64,000 bases of DNA, taken from Nostoc sp. DedSLP01. Lineage in GTDB: Bacteria > Cyanobacteriota > Cyanobacteriia > Cyanobacteriales > Nostocaceae. The stretch covers positions 32,001 to 96,000 of the forward strand of contig JAVRCJ020000016.1 in the NCBI GenBank assembly GCA_034530875.2. The letters are read 5' to 3'. A model generated the notes under the pieces. The model had not been told where the DNA came from. It ran no database searches and was given only the letters and a program-made list of their open reading frames with translations. The translations under genes and the position numbers were made by a program. Numbering within the stretch: position 1 is the stretch's first letter; each line of letters starts with the position of its first letter. Of the stretch, positions 33,324 through 43,918 are shown one piece after another.

Positions 33324-33737
33324 CTAATTATTTGTGTTGCGATCGCCCTTTGATTCTTGCTTCTTAATCTTCTCTAAGACAATTTTGTAATCTTGGCGAT
33401 CGGGGTGCAACTTTATTAGCTTTTCTAAAGGTTCCATTGCACCTTTAGCATCCTTCAATTCCAGCCGCAGCAAGGATAGTTTTTCTAAGGCCATTTGGTT
33501 TTCTGGTTCGCGCTGCAAAACCAACTCATAACCCCGCACCTGTTCTTTTAACGCTGACTCAGGAGAAACATACGCACTTGCTGGCGTGGGATTCTGAATA
33601 GCCTGTTGGATTGATGGAATGGCTGAAAACCCTATAGAACCAAAAAACGACACCATCGACACTATCGTTAAAATCCTTTGTCGCCGTTCAATCTGCTTTT
33701 TGCGGGCAATTAAGTATTCTTCATCCTTTCCTACCAT
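33324..33737 (-). CDS. Membrane-anchored TPR protein
   Basis: One hydrophobic segment, then GYELVLQREPEN...PLEKLIKLHP. Confidence 0.85.
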   Translation of the reverse strand: MVGKDEEYLIARKKQIERRQRILTIVSMVSFFGSIGFSAIPSIQQAIQNPTPASAYVSPESALKEQVRGYELVLQREPENQMALEKLSLLRLELKDAKGAMEPLEKLIKLHPDRQDYKIVLEKIKKQESKGDRNTNN

Positions 33738-33920
33738 GTGTTCATAGTTGCTGTGGTAAATACTTAGGTATTAGCAAACCTCCCGCTATGAGGATACCCA
33801 TCTGCTCAAGAGAAACTAACATTCTGGCTGGAAATTTTTCACACAAAATTCAAAACCTGGCTCAAAATGTCAAGCTAGTTTATGGTAAGCCAATGCTGCA
33901 TAGAGAATTTAATCATGGGT

Positions 33921-33982
33921 TAGCGTACCCCTACGGGGAAGCAAGCTACGCGTAGCGTCTCGTAGAGAAGCGTAGGCATCGC
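33921..33982. repeat. Nested small dispersed repeat (Nostoc SDR-like)
   Basis: GC-rich palindromic island CCCCTACGGGG, GCTACGCGTAGC, GCGTCTCGTAGAGAAG in an AT-rich spacer. Confidence 0.6.
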
Positions 33983-34769
33983 CCCGTCAGCAACAAGACA
34001 AGGGAAAACCCATAGCCAACTCTCTGCCTTAGACTGTGGACACCTACTACCTCATTGCAACCAATCTCAGTATTAGTTTTTTCCTCATAAATAAATTCTC
34101 TTGTTCAAACGCTGTAGAGAAAGGAATTTTTTCTCCTTGTCCTTGGAACTTGTGAGCGCGAAAAGTTCACGCACCAGAACCTTGTCTTCTCCTTCCCTTG
34201 TCTCCTAAAACCCTGTCTTATACCTAAACAGAACAAGCAAAGAGATTTTATTCTCTGTCTACAAGATTAAAAATATATGAAGATTTGCTATAAATTTGTT
34301 TAACCATAGATGTTTGCGATAATGTAAATAACGTTTGAATCAATATGAAGGGTAGACATTTCTACTCAAGTGCAAACTTCACACTCAGCGTAAAACTTTC
34401 AAATTAGACCGTGTTTCATCGTTTCTTCGACAAGCACACTTATTTTTTGTGACTAAAAGAAATAAACTTTTACCAATCCTCGTCACTCAGGTGAGCATTG
34501 CAACTTACCCGTTATCGACCTCACCCCTTAACCCTTGCCCGACTTTTGCAAGAAGTTGGAAGAGTGCTTAGCACAATTAAAGTGTTCTGGTGGTGATTAC
34601 CGTACAAAAATCAATTTCCCAGTAATTGAGTAGAGTTTGTTATGGTATAGTTAGAAAGTTAAGACTAGCTTTACCAAATTAAACCACTCTACGAGCCGGC
34701 AACAATTGCAGAATGGAAAGCAGTTTTAATTAAGCATTTACCAAATAAAATCTGAATTCAATCGAGGTT

Positions 34770-34988
34770 ATGACTCAGCAAGTAATTCACCCAATGGTGA
34801 AATTGCAGCGTAACGTGCAATCACTCATAGAATCGAACATTATCAAGCCAAGCGATAGTATCTGGAAAATCGCTTTGCTCTACGGCAACGACTGGCAGCA
34901 CTGGAAACAAGAACTGCTCGACTTTGGCTTTAGTATGCAAGACCCAATCAGCGAATTGCTAGCTGTAGAAGCTTGGGATGAAGAATAG
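34770..34988 (+). CDS. DUF4327 family protein
   Basis: HPMVKLQRNVQSL, W..WKQELLDFGFSMQDPI, WDEE; GAGG RBS. Confidence 0.88.
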   Translation: MTQQVIHPMVKLQRNVQSLIESNIIKPSDSIWKIALLYGNDWQHWKQELLDFGFSMQDPISELLAVEAWDEE

Positions 34989-35053
34989 GGATTAGGGCAT
35001 GGGGCATGGGGCATTGGTTATTCTCTATCTCCCCACTCCCGACTCCCTACTCC

Positions 35054-36334
35054 CTAAACTTGACAAGTAGCTAAGGCCGCAGCTAATTCCTTGGCAGTCT
35101 GATAGCGATCGCGTGGCAATGGTTCGGTAACGCGATCGATAACATCTCTTAATTGGGAACTAATTGTCGGAACTTTTGCCACATCAAACCTGAAGTGTCG
35201 CCCCCGTTGGCGGTAATACTTGAAAGGATTTTCGCCTGTGAGCAGAAAAATTAGCGTTGGCCCAATTGCATACAAATCGGATTGCGTTAAAGGTTGTCCT
35301 CGTTCTTGTTCGGGAGCGCAGTAACCTTCTGCACCAATGCGAGTACCTGGCGCTGTGCCAATTTCTTTAACTGCACCAAAATCCAGCACCACTATGCGAT
35401 TTTGAAAATTCCGCACCATCAAGTTTGCGGGTTTAATATCCCGGTGGATGAGTGGAGGATCTTGGCTATGAAGATAGTCTAAGATATCGCAGGTTTGGGT
35501 CATCCAAGCGATCGCTTGGCTTGGCGTTACCGGGCCAGTAGTAGAAATACGCTTCTCTAAATCTTGTCCGTGGATTAGTTCCATTGCCAAGTATTTTTTT
35601 CCATGTTCCACAAAAAAGTCGTAATACTTGGGAATTCCAGGATGCTTGAGAGATTTGAGAGTATGCGCCTCCCTCTCAAATAATTCTTGAGCCTTGGCAA
35701 TTTTCACCATATCAGCATTCATTTGCTTCAACACCAGCAGTTGTGGCGTACCCGCAATCAAACCAGCCGGATCCCAAGCCAGGTAGGTAGTACCCATCCC
35801 CCCTTGTCCCAGAGTTCGCAACACCTGATAATGGCGAATTGTCTGTTGCACCGAGAGGGGTTGACCGCAGTGGATGCAAAACAGATTATTCGGCGAATTA
35901 CCTTCATGGGTGCAGGTAGACGATAAGATCGGATTATTTCCTGAAGAGACTGTAGGAGTTGCGTTTTGCGCTCCTTCTTGTATCTCTTGCCAAGGCAACC
36001 AAACCTCCGGTTGTTTTACCTGCTGGATTTGGAATTGCAGTATCGGCCCTCCCTGTGCCAGCTGCAAAAGAGAATTATCAGGTAGAGGACTTTGAGTTAC
36101 TAAAACACCATTAAGGAAAGTCCCATTTGTACCCTGACTAATTACTTGCCAAGCATCGCCATTGCTAGGAGAATCGACTTGTCTTAGTTCTAGATGATGC
36201 CGAGAAACCAAACTATCAGTTAAAACAATATCATTGTCTGCTGCTCGACCAATCCGAATTATGGAAGAGTTTTCAAAGCACCACTGATGGAGTGGTATTT
36301 TCTGTTGCGGTTCTAACAGGGTCAGAGTAACCAC
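35054..36334 (-). CDS. FHA-domain Ser/Thr protein kinase
   Basis: IGRAADNDI, VSRHH, GTNGTFLNG; FCIHCG zinc ribbon; LGQGGMG, IHRDIKPAN, DFG, APE. Confidence 0.95.
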   Translation of the reverse strand: MVTLTLLEPQQKIPLHQWCFENSSIIRIGRAADNDIVLTDSLVSRHHLELRQVDSPSNGDAWQVISQGTNGTFLNGVLVTQSPLPDNSLLQLAQGGPILQFQIQQVKQPEVWLPWQEIQEGAQNATPTVSSGNNPILSSTCTHEGNSPNNLFCIHCGQPLSVQQTIRHYQVLRTLGQGGMGTTYLAWDPAGLIAGTPQLLVLKQMNADMVKIAKAQELFEREAHTLKSLKHPGIPKYYDFFVEHGKKYLAMELIHGQDLEKRISTTGPVTPSQAIAWMTQTCDILDYLHSQDPPLIHRDIKPANLMVRNFQNRIVVLDFGAVKEIGTAPGTRIGAEGYCAPEQERGQPLTQSDLYAIGPTLIFLLTGENPFKYYRQRGRHFRFDVAKVPTISSQLRDVIDRVTEPLPRDRYQTAKELAAALATCQV

Positions 36335-36351
36335 AATACAACCTATGAGTT

Positions 36352-36476
36352 AAGGGATTAGGGAGTAGGGAGTAGGGAGTAGGGAGTAGGGAGTAGGGGG
36401 AGATGAGGGAGAAATAATTCTTAACCCCACACTCGCCACATTCTCTAATCCCCACTCCCTACTCCCCATTCCCTAT
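36352..36476. repeat. STRR arrays (AGGGAGT)n with complementary CCCTACT arm
   Basis: Read directly from the sequence. Confidence 0.85.
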
Positions 36477-38456
36477 TCATATTTGACTTTCGAGATCTGG
36501 GCGTACTTTTGCCCGAATCAGTATAGCAGTAATGTTGTCGTGACCATTGTATTGGTTCGCTAAATCAATTAAGTCGGTAACGCCGCGTTCTAAGTTAGCG
36601 CCAGAACTCAGTAATGGTTCCAAGTGAGTCTGCCAATGGGTTTCTAGTAAATCGTTATCTGATAAACCGTCCGATGCCAATACTAGAAGAGTATCTTCAT
36701 TAATCTCGAAAAAGCCCACATCGGGATTAATCGAGTTTTCATCGCGAGGCCCTAAAGCTTGGGTGAGTTGGTAGGCATCCGGGCGGGCGTAAGCTATACT
36801 CGCCTCTACTCCCCTTGTAATTTCTCGTTGCCCGACTTCGTGATCTACTGTGACTTGCTGGAGTCCCTGCTTGCGCGTTACGCGATAGAGACGACTATCT
36901 CCCACATGAGCAACTGCTGCTTGAGTATCTTGAATTAAAAGCATTACCAGAGTTGTACCCATACGCCCAACTCCAGAACGAGCATCTTGTTGATTGAGGT
37001 TATAAATCGCCTCATTAGCTAAATAAACTGCCTCACGAATGCTTTCTTCTGTTGGCAGTTGATTAGGAATCCAATGTTCTTGGAAATATTGCCTTAAAGT
37101 TTTGACTGCTAACTCACTGGCTACCTCGCCGCCAGCGTGTCCGCCCATACCATCGCAGAGGATATACAAACCATGCCCTTGCAAAATTCTAGCTTTGGGC
37201 AACTCCACTTTATCAATTTTGGTTTCAATACCAAAGTAATCTTCGTTGTGATGGCGTTGACGCCCTACATCTGTGCGTCCTGCATCTTCCAAACTACTTA
37301 ATTGCATTGCCAACACAACAGTTGGCATATCATCACTTCTATTAACGATCTCTTCTGGTTTATCTGATTGCTCTTTAGTGGGCACAACAGTCTGTTTCTC
37401 CTGTATTGGGGGCATTCCGGTTCCTAGTGCTTCCAGTTCTACGGAGATTTCCTGCAAACGCGATCGCAACTGTGCCATCGTTTCAATTTTACCTGCCTCT
37501 AAATCCCCTAACATCTGCACCACAGAGCCAAATTGAGTGCGTTGAGTCTGTCTAAATAGCGTTTGCCAAACCCTGCCTAAAGCTTGGATAGTTAGCGGTT
37601 CCTCTGGAATCACAGATATTGGCGCTTGGGCATCTTCTGGGGAGCTAGCAGCCTCCTGAGTATTCTGTGATTCCACATACAATCTTTGAAGTGCCAGTGT
37701 TTGGTCTTCATCCAATCGCAAATTCGATAATTCCAACAGACTCTGACAACAATTTACTGGTTCCAATACAGCCCAAAGCTGGGCCATTTCATTACACCAG
37801 TGTAAAAGTTTTAACGAACTTGTTGTCTCTTCTTGCCACAAATCAACTAAAAGCTGCCAATCAGAACGGTCTTCGATTACTACTATTTGTATATTATCTT
37901 GCTGCCATGCATCGTGAATCCTCGGTATTGCTGGGTGGGCTTGCTCTTGTAAGGCAATATAAAGTTGAGCAAGGCTAGGAATTGTACTTTCGGCTACCGA
38001 TGGCGTTACCAAATCTGATTGCTGATTTTCTAATATTGCTTCAATAGGCGATATTTGATAAGGCTGGCAATCTAAAACTCTCGCCTCTACCTCAGTAATA
38101 TTTTCTAGACTAGGTAAGGTGTCTAACAATTGATAGCGTTGCTGAGGATCTAAATAAGAGCCTGATGTTACTTGAGGACTAGGAGTTGAGGGAGGCACTG
38201 GCAAAGAATTCTCCGTGTTACCGCTTTCTTGTATCTCCGTGTCTTCTTTTTCTGCTCCCTCATTACTCGCTTGTTGAGCAATAATTGCCCAAAACACTGT
38301 TCCACATTCCGTGCCACAGTTGTGACAACGCAGCGCATTCACAGGAACATCAGTACTGCATTCAGGACAGACTTTGTGAGTCAGGGACGTGCCACATTTT
38401 TGACAAAATTTATTGGTATTAGGGTTTTCAAATTTACACTGAGGGCAAATCAGCAT
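36477..38456 (-). CDS. PP2C-family phosphatase with N-terminal double zinc ribbon
   Basis: Four CxxC pairs; GRQRHHNED, CDGMGGH, AHVGDSR, LASDGL, GHDNIT. Confidence 0.93.
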   Translation of the reverse strand: MLICPQCKFENPNTNKFCQKCGTSLTHKVCPECSTDVPVNALRCHNCGTECGTVFWAIIAQQASNEGAEKEDTEIQESGNTENSLPVPPSTPSPQVTSGSYLDPQQRYQLLDTLPSLENITEVEARVLDCQPYQISPIEAILENQQSDLVTPSVAESTIPSLAQLYIALQEQAHPAIPRIHDAWQQDNIQIVVIEDRSDWQLLVDLWQEETTSSLKLLHWCNEMAQLWAVLEPVNCCQSLLELSNLRLDEDQTLALQRLYVESQNTQEAASSPEDAQAPISVIPEEPLTIQALGRVWQTLFRQTQRTQFGSVVQMLGDLEAGKIETMAQLRSRLQEISVELEALGTGMPPIQEKQTVVPTKEQSDKPEEIVNRSDDMPTVVLAMQLSSLEDAGRTDVGRQRHHNEDYFGIETKIDKVELPKARILQGHGLYILCDGMGGHAGGEVASELAVKTLRQYFQEHWIPNQLPTEESIREAVYLANEAIYNLNQQDARSGVGRMGTTLVMLLIQDTQAAVAHVGDSRLYRVTRKQGLQQVTVDHEVGQREITRGVEASIAYARPDAYQLTQALGPRDENSINPDVGFFEINEDTLLVLASDGLSDNDLLETHWQTHLEPLLSSGANLERGVTDLIDLANQYNGHDNITAILIRAKVRPDLESQI

Positions 38457-38611
38457 AGTGGAAGTTCCTTAATTCCCGTTCCAAGGTGGTTCTAGCCACT
38501 AAGATCCAAGGTGCCATAATTGGCTGCCCCTGACTACAGTAGACTTACAATAGATTGTAGTTTTAACAGTGAATTTTGGTGGCAGTATTAATTCTGACGC
38601 ATAAAATATTT

Positions 38612-38726
38612 TAGTGGGAATAGGGGAGATGGGGAGGTGTGGGGAGTGTGGGGAGAGAGGGGGGAAAGATTTCTTCCCCATCCCCCCACACCTCCCACAC
38701 CTCTTGCCCAATGCCCAATGCCCTAT
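38612..38726. repeat. G-rich/C-rich inverted repeat array plus CCCAATG units
   Basis: GAGGTGTGGGG arm complementary to CCCCACACCTC arm. Confidence 0.75.
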
Positions 38727-39511
38727 CTCCAAGATTCCGGCAATTGCGGAGGTTCGGCGTTAAACCATTTTTGATAAATTTGCTTATAAGTGCCGTTGGA
38801 TAACAAAGTGCTTATAGCTTTGTTAATTGTCTTCAGATGGGGCGAATCTTTAGGTGTGGCAATGGCGTAGTATTCTTCGGTGAGTAAGTCGGCAACAACT
38901 TTGATACCTTTGAGTTTGCCATTTTTAATCGCATACAAAGTGGCGAAAGCATCGCTAACTACAGCGTCAACATTGCCGTTGAGTAAGTCTTGGAAAAATT
39001 CGGGGCCAGAATTAAAAGTACTAATTTTGGCGTTGGGGATGGTTTTAGCAAAATCTGCACCAGTGGAACCTATTTGTACAGCAATTTTTTTACCTTGGAG
39101 ACTTTTGAAGTCTTTAATATTTTCGTTGTCTTGGCGTACAGCGATCGCTAGTCCCGCTTTAAAATAAGGTCGTGAAAAAGCAATTGTTTTCAACCGTTCC
39201 GGGGTAATTGTAATCCCACTAATTGCAGCATCAACTCTTTTAGCTTGTAAAGCTGATATCATGCCATCAAAGGGCAGATTTTGAAACTCAACTCTAAAGC
39301 CTGCAACTTGAGCGATCGCATTCATTAAATCAATATCAAAGCCTTCTAACTTCCCGCTGGCTGGTTGGATTTCAAAAGGGATAAAGGTCGGGTCTGTAGC
39401 AACCTTAAGAAGTTTACCATCTTGGTTAGTGGAACTATTACAACCAATAATCAGTAGCAGACAGCCTAAGCTCAAAATTAGGTGTTGCCACTTGCAGTTA
39501 ATCAATTTCAC
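38723..39511 (-). CDS. Polar/basic amino acid ABC transporter substrate-binding lipoprotein
   Basis: Lipobox IIGC, FIPFE, GFDIDL, FSRPY, IYQKWF. Confidence 0.93.
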   Translation of the reverse strand: MKLINCKWQHLILSLGCLLLIIGCNSSTNQDGKLLKVATDPTFIPFEIQPASGKLEGFDIDLMNAIAQVAGFRVEFQNLPFDGMISALQAKRVDAAISGITITPERLKTIAFSRPYFKAGLAIAVRQDNENIKDFKSLQGKKIAVQIGSTGADFAKTIPNAKISTFNSGPEFFQDLLNGNVDAVVSDAFATLYAIKNGKLKGIKVVADLLTEEYYAIATPKDSPHLKTINKAISTLLSNGTYKQIYQKWFNAEPPQLPESWR

Positions 39512-39768
39512 TGTAGTAATTCTGTTCTATCAGTCAATCTTCGTGATGCTTGTCATGATGTTATAAGAAAGAATACATCCATCAAGAAATAAAATCTACA
39601 CTGCATTTTCGCTGATTCGGGAATTCTGATACTAAGTTGCGTTTAGAAATAGTATTCCTATTCCCCACTCCCTACTCCCAGCCCAAGTTACTATCTTTGA
39701 TTGCAACTTGGCATAACTCCTGTATTATTCTTGATTTTGAATTGCTTATAGCTTTCATCATTAATAGT

Positions 39769-40182
39769 TATGAAATTGCTGATTTGGGGGCTGCAAGTGC
39801 TGCTGTGCCGGGACAAGAGGCTGCGATCGCTCTTAATTATGGACTGCCTTCAGATCAACTGTACGAGCAAATTATCCTTTGCTTCCAAGCCCAAGGAAAC
39901 TCAGCAGCGATCGCGATCGCTGCTGAGTTTCCCAGCGATGTAGTCGCTTTGCGACCAGATGGCGGCTTTTTCGTTTGGTGTAAATTGCCGCAAAATATTA
40001 GCGCCAAAACACTTTTAAATACTTGTGCAACACACGGCGTCACCTTTCTACCAGGAACTCGCTGCTACGCCAACGGTCAAGGCGATGATGCTATTAGGTT
40101 AGCTTTTAGCTTTCAACCAAATGACAAGATTGTAGAGGGAATCGCTACTCTTGGGGCAGTCTTGCGCCAATGGCAGCGATGA
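39769..40182 (+). pseudogene. Remnant of a PLP-dependent (class I/MocR-like) aminotransferase; most of the middle is missing
   Basis: C-terminal PDGGFFVWCKLP, GVTFLPG, IRLAFS; no PLP-lysine region; ATG at 39769 is out of frame with the remainder. Confidence 0.75.
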
Positions 40183-40217
40183 CCAGTAGAGGACAAGGGG
40201 AGGGGGAGACAAGGAGA

Positions 40218-40253
40218 GAAGTTGGGGCGGAGGTTTCCTCCGATCCAAACTTC
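40218..40253. repeat. Small dispersed hairpin repeat, copy 2
   Basis: GAAGTT..GCGGAGGTTTCCTCCGATC..AACTTC; same core as 14605-14642. Confidence 0.75.
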
Positions 40254-40340
40254 GGAGGACAAGGGGAGAAAAAATCCTTGCCTGTTTGTCCTCTTCGATG
40301 CCCATATAATACCATGTCCGGTTGAACACTTAACTAATTA

Positions 40341-41359
40341 GGGCTTGCTGAATAAGGGTGAAAGATAGAATAATCAAGAGTTTCAGGGTCAGTAAAGAAG
40401 AATAAGGTGGAAAGAAAAAGGGTAAGATAAGTAAAAATCCTTGTAGCAAGTTGCGTTGAAATGTATCGAAAAGCGCAAAAGCAAGAAACAGCACCAGAAA
40501 ACTTTGAACTACCCTTTGGAGGAAAACTAGCCTCAGATAACCGATGGGTAATCATGGCGAACATGATACCTTGGTCAGAATTTGAAGCAGAGTACGCAGA
40601 AATATTTTCAGCAAGTATGGGGGCGCCAGCGTCAGAAGTTTATCGTCAACAACTGTGGTTATATGAAAATAAAAAACGGAGTATAGAAGACCGGATTGTC
40701 AGTTTAAGTCAACCACATATTCGTCCGATAGTCCGTGGTAAAGCTAGAACAGAGGTAGAATTTGGGGCAAAGTTTTCCGCTAGTTGCTTTGATGGCTATA
40801 TTTTTTTAGACCACATAAGTTGGGATAATTTTAACGAATCAGTGGATCTAAAATCACAGGTTGAAGCCTACAAAAATTACACAGGACATTATCCTGAGTC
40901 TGTTCATGTTGATAAAATTTATCGCAATAGAGAAAATCGAGCTTGGTGTAAAGAAAGAGGAATTAGAATCAGTGGTACACCACTGGGTAGACCACCTAAA
41001 AATGTTAGTCCTCAAAAAAAGAAACAAGCACGAGAAGATGAACGGATTCGTAATTCTATTGAGGGTAAATTCGGACAAGGAAAACGAAGATTTAGCCTTA
41101 GCAGAGTCATGGCTAAACTGCCTCATACTTCTTTAACTTCTATTGCCCTAACTTTTTTGGTCATGAATCTTTCTACCCTACTCTTACGGCTTTTCTGTGG
41201 CTGTTTGTGTCAATTTTTCAGAATTCCGTCTTTTTTCCCTTCTTTGATTAATGAAAGTGATGTTTTGGTGAATTTTAGACAACCAAAACTTATCTTTATT
41301 TCTGCCTGACTGCTTACTCAATTCTTCTGTTGTTTTTTCACGACTTTTTCAGCAAACCC
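40341..41359 (+). mobile_element. IS5-family insertion sequence, internally deleted
   Basis: Terminal inverted repeats GGGCTTGCTGAATAAG / CTTTTTCAGCAAACCC; TAATTA on both flanks. Confidence 0.9.
40461..41309 (+). pseudogene. IS5-family transposase with in-frame internal deletion
   Basis: FELPFGGKLASDNRW...MGAPA is joined directly to SEVYRQQ...RIVSLSQPHIRPIVRGK, VEFGAK, DKIY, RNSIEGKFG. Confidence 0.85.
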
Positions 41360-41443
41360 TAATTAACCTGAGGCTCTGAGACGGAGGTTTTTAAATATAA
41401 GTAATTAAGCGAACTTGATTTATTCTGAATTTTGTATTCTGAT

Positions 41444-42067
41444 TCAAAAAATTTGTTCTAAACGCTCGAAATCTCGCTGTACTTCATTCCAGAGGGTTTT
41501 ATTATGAGGGTCTGTTTTCAGGGCTTTTTTGAGATAAATTCTGGCTTTGAGGAGCTGGTTTTCGGAAATTAGTGCTCGTCCCCAGATTTGATAGGCAACT
41601 GCTAGCCATTGGCGGACTTCTGCATCACCTGATAACCGATCTGATAAAGCTTCGGCTAGAGCGATCGCTTGGGGAAATCGTCTTTCTTGCAAAAACCGCT
41701 GCAATTGCTCGTAAGTTTTCCACTTGAGCCGCTGTTCTATTTCCACCAAATTGGGCGGCTTTGGTGTCCCTGGTTGCTGGGTTTTCGCCTTTGTGGCTGG
41801 CGTTTTTTCCCGATGCGTTGCCTTGGGGCGATCGCGTCCCGACGTTGACACCGAATTTGAATGTGCAGCTGTTTCCTCTGGCAGTACTACCGTCAGCAGG
41901 AGTTTGTAAGCCTCTGTCAAGGCAATAAACTTATCTTTGGCTTTGTTGTCATCTGGGTTGATATCGGGATGATATTGCTGCGCCAGTCGTCTGTAAGACG
42001 CTTTGATATCAGCAAACGAGGCTCCCGACCTTAAACCCAATAAACGGTAGCAATCTCCAAGATCCAT
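41444..42067 (-). CDS. DnaJ-domain protein with C-terminal TPR-like region
   Basis: IKASYRRLAQQYHPD J-domain. Confidence 0.92.
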   Translation of the reverse strand: MDLGDCYRLLGLRSGASFADIKASYRRLAQQYHPDINPDDNKAKDKFIALTEAYKLLLTVVLPEETAAHSNSVSTSGRDRPKATHREKTPATKAKTQQPGTPKPPNLVEIEQRLKWKTYEQLQRFLQERRFPQAIALAEALSDRLSGDAEVRQWLAVAYQIWGRALISENQLLKARIYLKKALKTDPHNKTLWNEVQRDFERLEQIF

Positions 42068-42187
42068 CTTGAGCTATGAGCTATCGAATATTTATCTAGG
42101 GGCTATCAGCTACGAGCTCATAGCCTGAGATATCAATCATAAAGGTAAATTTAATATTTTAAAGTTCAATTTTGACAGTTTTTTCAA

Positions 42188-42327
42188 CTGGGGAATTGGG
42201 GAGTGGGGATTGGGGATTGGGGAGTTAGGAGTTAGGAGTTAGGAGTTAAGAGTTATTCTCCTTATCTCCCTCATCCCCCCATCTCCCCCTACTCCCTATC
42301 TCCCCATCTCCCCATCTCCCCATTCCT
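42188..42327. repeat. STRR arrays (GGGGATT, TAGGAGT, CCCCATCT)
   Basis: Read directly; abuts the clpP stop. Confidence 0.85.
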
Positions 42328-42919
42328 ACGGTCTTTCTTCAATCACACGGTCAATTAAACCGTATTCTTTAGCTTCTTGGGCAGACATGAAAAAGTCACG
42401 ATCCATGTCTTTTTCAATTTTGGCTAAAGTTTGATCGGTGTTGTCAGCATAAATTTGGTTTAGCTGATTGCGAATCCGGAGAATTTCTCTAGCTTCAATT
42501 TCGATGTCGCTTGCTTGTCCGCGGGTGCCGCCAGAAGGTTGGTGAATCATAATCCGTGAGTGAGGCAATGCCAAGCGTTTGCCTTTGGCTCCACCTGCTA
42601 GTAGAAATGAACCCATAGAGGCTGCTAGACCCGTGCATATTGTAACCACATCTGATTTGATGTGCTGCATGGTGTCATAAATTGCCAGCCCGGAGGTGAC
42701 CATACCACCAGGGGAATTGATGTATATGTAAATATCTTTTCCTGGATCTTCAGAATCCAGATATAGCAAGAAGGCTATAATCTCGTTAGCGATTTTATCG
42801 TCAATTTCTTCACCCAGGAAAATAATTCGTTCTAGGGAAAGACGAGTATAAATGTGAACCCATTCCTCCATCTGTCCCCCTGGCAAGCGATAGGGAACAC
42901 TGGGGTAACCAATAGGCAT
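42326..42919 (-). CDS. clpP: ATP-dependent Clp protease proteolytic subunit (ClpP3 type)
   Basis: [24 protein letters not shown] catalytic motifs. Confidence 0.97.
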   Translation of the reverse strand: MPIGYPSVPYRLPGGQMEEWVHIYTRLSLERIIFLGEEIDDKIANEIIAFLLYLDSEDPGKDIYIYINSPGGMVTSGLAIYDTMQHIKSDVVTICTGLAASMGSFLLAGGAKGKRLALPHSRIMIHQPSGGTRGQASDIEIEAREILRIRNQLNQIYADNTDQTLAKIEKDMDRDFFMSAQEAKEYGLIDRVIEERP

Positions 42920-43022
42920 AATTAGCTCCGTAATTACAATGATTTATAGCAAGGATGAAGCCTGGGCGCTCCTATGGGGTGGAGTGAGTTGATATCCCAA
43001 GAAATCAAACTCACTTCAGCTT

Positions 43023-43685
43023 TTAAAGGACGCTGGCAGGTAGTGGGGGATTAGCCAGTTCTTCTTTCTCAAAAACTCGGTCAATCAAACCGTATTCCTT
43101 AGCTTGATAGGGAGTCATGTACAGCAGACGATCCATATCTTTGCTAATTTTTTCTGGCGGTTGTTCTGTGCTGCGAGACAAAATGTCAATCAACGATGCT
43201 TTGTTGGCTAGAACTTCCTTGGCCCGAATTTGAATATCGGTTGCTTGACCTTGGGCGAAACTCTTGGGTTGGTGCAGAATGATGGAAGCATGAGGTAAGC
43301 TAGCACGACAACCTTTTGTACCAGCACTGAGCAGCATCGCTGCCATACCCATCGCCGAACCGATACAGATGGTGTGGATCGGAGGCTTGATATATTTCAT
43401 TGTGTCATAGATGGCGAAGGCTTCAGTTTCAAAGCCTATGGGTTCGCCACTGTAACCAGAAGTGCCTGTAGAGTTGATATAAATTTTAATTGGTTTTTCT
43501 GGGTCATCGGACTGCAAATACAGGAGTTCGGCGATGATCAGTTTTGTGATTTGTGGAACTAAAGGAGTTCCTAAGTAGACAATTCGCTCCTTTAATAGTA
43601 GAGACGGTAAATCTGGCGGCGGTTTCCGGTAAAATCGATCGCCGTAATAAGGGGATTGAACAGCCTTGATGGCGGAAATGTCCAT
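43023..43685 (-). CDS. clpR: Non-catalytic Clp subunit ClpR
   Basis: PPPDLPSLLLKERIVYLG; INSTGTS with insertion; catalytic Ser replaced (SAMGMAA); upstream of clpP. Confidence 0.92.
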   Translation of the reverse strand: MDISAIKAVQSPYYGDRFYRKPPPDLPSLLLKERIVYLGTPLVPQITKLIIAELLYLQSDDPEKPIKIYINSTGTSGYSGEPIGFETEAFAIYDTMKYIKPPIHTICIGSAMGMAAMLLSAGTKGCRASLPHASIILHQPKSFAQGQATDIQIRAKEVLANKASLIDILSRSTEQPPEKISKDMDRLLYMTPYQAKEYGLIDRVFEKEELANPPLPASVL

Positions 43686-43918
43686 AGCAACTGATCGCCT
43701 GCAATTATGCCGTTAACTGTAATACATCCTAGCGTGATGCTAACTCGGTTAAAGGTGTGGATTTCTCCCTAAAGCTTAAGGGGGGGCTAGCATCTGCCAA
43801 TATTTGGCTTCTAAGATATTCTGATTATATTAATGTATTGGATAGCTTTTCCGTAGCGCTAAAGTAGTGCTTTGAAGTTATTTACAAATATCTATATCTT
43901 AAATAGGAATTTTCGGTT

